A stretch of 55,023 nt of DNA from an uncultured Chlorobiales bacterium (GTDB lineage Bacteria > Bacteroidota > Chlorobiia > Chlorobiales > Thermochlorobacteraceae), in contig CALKXI010000008.1 of the NCBI GenBank assembly GCA_938003965.1, forward strand, positions 1-55,023. Reading direction: 5' to 3'. The position numbers and the translations under genes were made by a program. The notes under the pieces are model-generated. The model did not search any database. It saw only the letters and a program-made list of their open reading frames with translations, and was not told the DNA's origin. Of this stretch, positions 51,731-55,023 are shown piece after piece (position 1 is the stretch's first letter; each line of letters starts with the position of its first letter).

Positions 51731-53617
51731 ATGACGGAAGTAATGGCGAATGTTGCCGTTCCGAATGACGTGCGGAACAAGGGATTTAAGACATGGCTCA
51801 ACGAAGTGGTTGAGTTGTGCAAGCCCGATGCGGTGCGTTTCTGCGACGGCTCACAAGAAGAGTATGATGAGCTGTGCGAATTGATGGTTCAGAGCGGCAC
51901 ATTCAAGCGGCTCAATCCTAAAAAGAGACCGAACTCGTATTTGGCATGGTCCGACCCGAGCGATGTAGCACGTGTAGAAGATAGAACCTTCATTTGTTCG
52001 CGACGCAAGCAAGACGCAGGACCGACCAACAACTGGGTCGATCCGAAAGAAATGAAGCAAACGCTAACGAAACTTTACGACGGAAGCATGCGTGGCAGAA
52101 CGCTGTATGTCGTGCCGTTCAGCATGGGTCCGATTGGCTCGCCGATATCGAAGATAGGCATTGAACTAACTGACTCGCCTTATGTGGTCGTGAATATGAA
52201 AATCATGACGCGAATGGGGCGCAAAGTGTGGGAGGTGTTGGGAGAAGATGGCGAGTATGTCAAATGCTTACACAGTTTAGGGGCGCCGCTGCTTGAAGGA
52301 CAAAAAGATGTGCCTTGGCCATGCAATCCGAAAGAAAAATATATCGTGCACTTCCCCGAAGAACGGCTGATTTGGTCTTACGGCTCTGGTTACGGCGGCA
52401 ATGCCCTGCTGGGCAAAAAGTGTTTCGCACTTCGCATTGCATCGGTGATGGGACGCGACGAGGGCTGGCTCGCCGAACACATGCTCATCATGGGCGCGGA
52501 ATCGCCCGAAGGCGAAAAAACTTTTGTGGCGGCGGCGTTTCCAAGCGCGTGCGGCAAAACGAATTTCGCTATGCTCGTTCCGCCAAAAGAATTAAGCGGC
52601 TGGAAGATTACGACGATTGGCGATGACATTGCTTGGATTAAACCCGACGAAAACGGCGAACTGCGCGCTATCAATCCCGAAGCGGGTTTCTTCGGCGTTG
52701 CGCCCGGCACTTCTTACAGCACCAACCCGAACATGATGGAAGCCATTAAAGCCAATACGATTTTTACCAACGTGGCTCTCACGCCTGATGGCGACGTGTG
52801 GTGGGAAGGTATGGACGGCGAACCGCCCGCAGAATGCTTAGACTGGCAAGGACAAAAGTGGACACCACAAATCGCCAAAGAAACTGGTCGAACAGCAGCG
52901 CATCCCAACGCTCGATTTACAGTTGCCGCAACGCAATGCCCTGTGATTGACAAAGACTGGGAAAATCCCGAAGGCGTGCCGATTTCGGCGTTCATTTTCG
53001 GAGGACGACGCGCAAGCAACGTGCCGCTGGTCTATCAAGCCGTGAACTGGAACTTCGGCGTCTACCTTGCCGCCACGATTGGCTCGGAAATGACTGCCGC
53101 CGCCTTTGGCAAAATTGGGCAAGTGCGACGCGACCCCTTCGCCATGCTTCCCTTCTGCGGATACCACATGGGCGATTACTTCAACCATTGGCTTCAAATC
53201 GGACGCAGTGTGCCTGTGCCACCGCGCATTTTCGGCGTCAACTGGTTCAGAAAAGATGAAAACGGAAAATTCATCTGGCCCGGCTTCGGCGAAAATATGC
53301 GTGTCTTAAAATGGATTATCGACCGTGTCAGAGGAAAAGCGTCTGCAATTGAATCACCGCTCGGTTGGATGCCGCGCTATGAAGATATTGACCTGAGAGG
53401 ACTGAATTTGTCGAAGGCACAATTCAACAAACTCATGGAAGTTGACCGCGAAGCATGGAAACAAGAAATTCTCTCGCATGAAGAACTCTTCGAGAAACTC
53501 TATGACCGATTGCCAAAAGAGTTCATCTTAATGCGTGAGTTAATTCTTTCAAGCCTTTGGCGTTCGCCAGAAAAGTGGGAACTCATTCACGAGCGATACG
53601 TCGAAGAAGCCAACTAA
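51731..53617 (+). CDS. pckG: Phosphoenolpyruvate carboxykinase (GTP)
   Basis: [49 protein letters not shown]. Confidence 0.97.
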   Translation: MTEVMANVAVPNDVRNKGFKTWLNEVVELCKPDAVRFCDGSQEEYDELCELMVQSGTFKRLNPKKRPNSYLAWSDPSDVARVEDRTFICSRRKQDAGPTNNWVDPKEMKQTLTKLYDGSMRGRTLYVVPFSMGPIGSPISKIGIELTDSPYVVVNMKIMTRMGRKVWEVLGEDGEYVKCLHSLGAPLLEGQKDVPWPCNPKEKYIVHFPEERLIWSYGSGYGGNALLGKKCFALRIASVMGRDEGWLAEHMLIMGAESPEGEKTFVAAAFPSACGKTNFAMLVPPKELSGWKITTIGDDIAWIKPDENGELRAINPEAGFFGVAPGTSYSTNPNMMEAIKANTIFTNVALTPDGDVWWEGMDGEPPAECLDWQGQKWTPQIAKETGRTAAHPNARFTVAATQCPVIDKDWENPEGVPISAFIFGGRRASNVPLVYQAVNWNFGVYLAATIGSEMTAAAFGKIGQVRRDPFAMLPFCGYHMGDYFNHWLQIGRSVPVPPRIFGVNWFRKDENGKFIWPGFGENMRVLKWIIDRVRGKASAIESPLGWMPRYEDIDLRGLNLSKAQFNKLMEVDREAWKQEILSHEELFEKLYDRLPKEFILMRELILSSLWRSPEKWELIHERYVEEAN

Positions 53618-53640
53618 CAGACTACTCAGAGACGACAACT

Positions 53641-53674
53641 GAACGCCGATAAACGCTCTTGTCTATCGGCGTTC
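53641..53674 (+). terminator. Hairpin downstream of pckG (terminator or stabiliser)
   Basis: GAACGCCGATA/TATCGGCGTTC 11-bp stem; no clear U-tract. Confidence 0.55.
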
Positions 53675-53708
53675 GGCTTGACAGAGTAAAATACGACGAA
53701 GAAAAATG

Positions 53709-53740
53709 TTTGGCAAAAGCCAAAATGCTGCTTATCTTTG
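53709..53740 (+). promoter_or_regulatory. Putative promoter of tRNA-Cys
   Basis: TTTG 53709-12, 20-nt gap, TATCTTTG 53733-40. Confidence 0.7.
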
Positions 53741-53755
53741 CGTCCTTTCACGCAA

Positions 53756-53827
53756 GGTGCGGTAGCCAAGTGGTAAGGCCAGGGTCTGCAAAACCCTCAT
53801 TCGTCGGTTCGATTCCGACCCGCACCT
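53756..53827 (+). tRNA. tRNA-Cys (anticodon GCA)
   Basis: Acceptor GGTGCGG/CCGCACC plus T; anticodon arm AGGGT-CTGCAAA-ACCCT; T arm GTCGG-TTCGATT-CCGAC. Confidence 0.95.
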
Positions 53828-53866
53828 CAACGCTTCAAATCCACGCATAAAAACTTTCCGCACTGA

Positions 53867-55023
53867 ATGCTGGCGTTCTCTCGCACAACGCTCATCGTTC
53901 TTAACATTGTTGTGGTTTTCGTGCTGTTTGGGTATGTGCTTGTGCCCTCATTTGCCTCGCTGAAAGAAAGCCTCTTTACGCAAGGCGCAATGACATTTGG
54001 TTATTACGAGCGAATTTTTTCGATGCCGCGCTACCTTGCCGCAATGCTCAACACGCTTTGGGTATCGGCTCTAACAGTAGTGGTAGCAGGCGCAGTTGGA
54101 ACGGCATTAGCATTTCTGTTTTGGCAATACACCTTTCCATTTAAGCAAGCCATTTCACAAATCCTCTTGTTGCCGATTGGGCTGCCACCGCTTATTGGCG
54201 TGTTTGCCTTTCAGTTGCTTTATAGCGAATCGGGCATATTGCCACGAGCGATTCAGGCGGCGTTGGGGCTGTCAGAAGTGCCATTCGCGTTTGAAGGCAC
54301 TTGGGCGGTGCTCTTCGTGCATGGGTATTCATTTTTCGTGCATTTTTATCTCTTTGTTTATGCGTCACTTTCAAAAGTAGATTATGCCTTGGTGGAAGCA
54401 GCACGAACCTTCGGCGCAAGTCGGGCGAAAGTATTTGTGAAAATTCTTCTGCCTCTCATTCGTCCTGCATTGCTCTCGGCAAGTTTGATTGTATTTGTTT
54501 TAAGCACGGCATCATTCACGGCACCGCTTTTATTTGCAAACAAGACGCCTTTTCTCACAGTTGAGATTTACAATCAAAAAATCGCAGGCGAATTTGGGAT
54601 TGCCAGCGGATTGACGGTGCTGTTGGTTTTGATGTCGTCGTCGCTCCTCTTTGTGTTTGAAAAGTTAAACGATGTTCGCACGGTGCTTGCGTTGCGCGGC
54701 TCACTGCGGAGCGTGCCGATGAAGCCGCTTTCGCTTGGCGTGGCGACAGGGCTTGTGGGCATGGTGCTGTTCGTTGTATTGCCGATTGCGATATTAGTGC
54801 TGATGTCGTTTTCTGAAACACCTGCGTCGTCGCGAAGTATTTTACCGACGGACTTCGGGATTGGAAATTATGTGCGCGTGTTTAAGGACGCGAATTTTTA
54901 CGAGCCGTTTGTGAATAGTTTCTCGATGGCGACACTTGCAAGTGTGATGAACCTGCTCTTTGGCGTGGTAGCGGGCGTGCTGATTGCGTCGCGAAAGATG
55001 GCGTTCAAATCGGCGGTGAGCGT
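53867..55023 (+). CDS. Fe(III)/thiamine-type ABC permease (FbpB-like), 3' truncated by window edge
   Basis: Hand-translated open frame from ATG 53867 to the edge; hydrophobic; PIGLPPLIG, EAARTFGAS (EAA loop), LLPLIRPA; second repeat begins; absent from ORF track (no stop). Confidence 0.85.
   Translation, partial: MLAFSRTTLIVLNIVVVFVLFGYVLVPSFASLKESLFTQGAMTFGYYERIFSMPRYLAAMLNTLWVSALTVVVAGAVGTALAFLFWQYTFPFKQAISQILLLPIGLPPLIGVFAFQLLYSESGILPRAIQAALGLSEVPFAFEGTWAVLFVHGYSFFVHFYLFVYASLSKVDYALVEAARTFGASRAKVFVKILLPLIRPALLSASLIVFVLSTASFTAPLLFANKTPFLTVEIYNQKIAGEFGIASGLTVLLVLMSSSLLFVFEKLNDVRTVLALRGSLRSVPMKPLSLGVATGLVGMVLFVVLPIAILVLMSFSETPASSRSILPTDFGIGNYVRVFKDANFYEPFVNSFSMATLASVMNLLFGVVAGVLIASRKMAFKSAVS

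Noticed and set aside
50254-53827. Genomic island between tRNA-Arg and tRNA-Cys
   Set aside because: Segment lies at the 5' sides of both tRNAs; no duplicated tRNA 3' end, no integrase, metabolic cargo of ordinary composition
194-54821. Numerous 60-220 aa alternative-frame and antisense ORFs (e.g. 6113-6622, 9397-9927, 47411-47929, 50777-51427)
   Set aside because: Overlap well-conserved genes and show no recognisable motifs; treated as shadow ORFs
1-55023. CRISPR array, prophage, IS element or rRNA
   Set aside because: No regularly spaced repeats, phage or transposase ORFs, or rRNA-like sequence seen by eye; nearly all space is filled by recognisable genes

Overview
Chromosomal core-genome window, most likely from a Chlorobiota bacterium (Chloroherpetonaceae/Thermochlorobacter-like). 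This assignment is inferred from protein character, the short uL24, GTP-type PEPCK and Bacteroidota/Chlorobiota-type TAnnTTTG promoters. The left half (1-29.3 kb) is mixed housekeeping: proline dehydrogenase, kdsB, an aldo/keto reductase, miaB, HU/IHF, ruvX, glmM, polA, an APC permease, xerC-hpf-hprK, a peptide ABC binding protein and permease followed by ccmC and ccmD with a DUF433/PIN toxin-antitoxin pair wedged between them, a MOT1 molybdate transporter, a single-chain TPR-histidine kinase-receiver-LuxR regulator, mutS, a frameshifted GT4 glycosyltransferase and pnp. The right half is the str-S10-spc-alpha ribosomal superoperon (rpsL to rplQ), followed by tRNA-Arg(CCG), tenA, doxX, pckG, tRNA-Cys and a truncated Fe(III)-type ABC permease. 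The most unusual observations are (1) a tRNA-Gly(TCC) with its own promoter and flanking hairpins between rplN and rplX, (2) the apparently soluble one-polypeptide TPR two-component regulator, (3) the TA cassette inside ccmC-ccmD bounded by a 12-bp imperfect inverted repeat centred on two start codons, and (4) a ~175-nt structured rpsL leader. I saw no CRISPR array, prophage or transposase. All family calls come from motif recognition, not database searches.
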